Origin: Candidatus Marinacidobacterales bacterium | GTDB taxonomy: Bacteria > Acidobacteriota > Vicinamibacteria > Marinacidobacterales > SMYC01 | Direction: 5' to 3' | Length of the DNA stretch: 64,000 nucleotides | Assembly: GCA_965224085.1 (NCBI GenBank) | Contig: CBDCYI010000004.1 | Location: 1,472,001 to 1,536,000, forward strand | Part shown: positions 63,110-64,000 of the stretch, piece after piece | Layout: each line of letters begins with the position of its first letter | Numbering within the stretch: position 1 is the first letter of the stretch | The notes under the pieces: model-generated | What the model saw: only the letters and a program-made list of their open reading frames with translations | Told to the model about the DNA's origin: nothing | Database searches by the model: none | Program-made: the position numbers and the translations under genes

Positions 63110-64000
63110 TCACCGACCCAGGCGCTCGCGCGCATCGGCGGCTTCGGGAAGATCCCAATCCGCGTCGCCCCAGTGCTCGAGAAAACGCTCGAGGTTGCGA
63201 TGGCCTTCTTCCTGTTCGCCAAGATCCATCTGAAGAAGGCCCAGTTCGTAGAGGGTCGCACGTAGAGCACCGGATGATCGGCCCGCTCGAACCCGGGTTT
63301 CGAGTGCCTCGACCGCTTTGGGCTTGTCACCCGACGCCAGATAGGCTTGCACGAGACCGTTCCGGAAGGCGGCACCCGAGCTCGACCAGGTAGCCATGAA
63401 ATCGAAGTATTGGTTTTGCTCGGCGAGGCGCTCGAGGATGAGAAGAGCGCGGGCGGTATCTCTCTCGACAAGGGCCAGCTCGGCTAGAAGCGCGTCGTGA
63501 TGCATCGGGCCAGAGGGTCCGCTGGCGGTCGCTGCCATTTTAGCTTAGCGAGCCTTTCGAGATGCTGCTCGGCTTTCGCTATGTCGCCTCCGAGCCAGAG
63601 AGCGAACCAACCCGAAAAATAGTGACCGCGCGGGCTCGCGGGCTGAAGCGCCAGAGCGCGCTCCATCTCGGCCAAAGCGCCTTCGGAATCCTTCAGACTC
63701 AGGAGCGCGGCAAGCGAAATGATAGCTGTGGCAGGCGCACCGGTTCCCAAGCCCTCTCCTTCCCTGAAGACCGCCGTCGCAGCTGCCTCACGATAGTTTT
63801 CGATGGCCTTTTCGAAACAACCGCGAGTCGCGAAGAAGTGACCCGTTGCGGCCAGCCGTCCCGCCTTCAAGAAACCTTGAAGGTTACTGAGTGGAACCGT
63901 TTCGATCTCTTGTTCCAGGTCCCACCGGGATGCAACCGCCGCCCAAGTCGGCCTCCAAATCAGACCGAAGGGTGTGGCGGGATGCTCGGTGAGACGAAGC
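63110..64000 (-). pseudogene. TPR-repeat protein C-terminal part, frameshifted
   Basis: 'ALALQPASPRGHY', 'LYELGLL..LERFLEHWGDAD..EAADARERL'. Confidence 0.6.

Overview
High-GC bacterial sequence, most consistent with Acidobacteriota/Vicinamibacteria (inferred from ADOP-type ABC permeases and 'GTRLGPYEI..GAGGM' Hanks kinases). It carries housekeeping and metabolic genes: addBA, leuACD, ilvE, murQ and other peptidoglycan-recycling enzymes, egtB, tag, frc and a YgiQ radical SAM gene. Three IS elements are present (IS110, ISNCY/IS5-like and IS5/IS903-group). Many frameshifts and gene-to-gene chimeric junctions suggest an error-prone or chimeric assembly. The main finding is an IS110 bridge-recombinase element. 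Its upstream non-coding region folds into two guide-bearing loops whose guides match (i) the element's own right end and (ii) the codons for the G-M-G-E-V glycine-rich loop of Ser/Thr kinases, and the element sits exactly at that motif in a kinase gene. Other notable features are a probable EF-hand/DUF3179 selenoprotein with in-frame TGA and a SECIS-like hairpin, an AddA with a degenerate nuclease domain, a repeat-bracketed island with two paralogous secreted proteins, and a candidate structured ncRNA. All calls come from motif recognition by eye; no searches were run.
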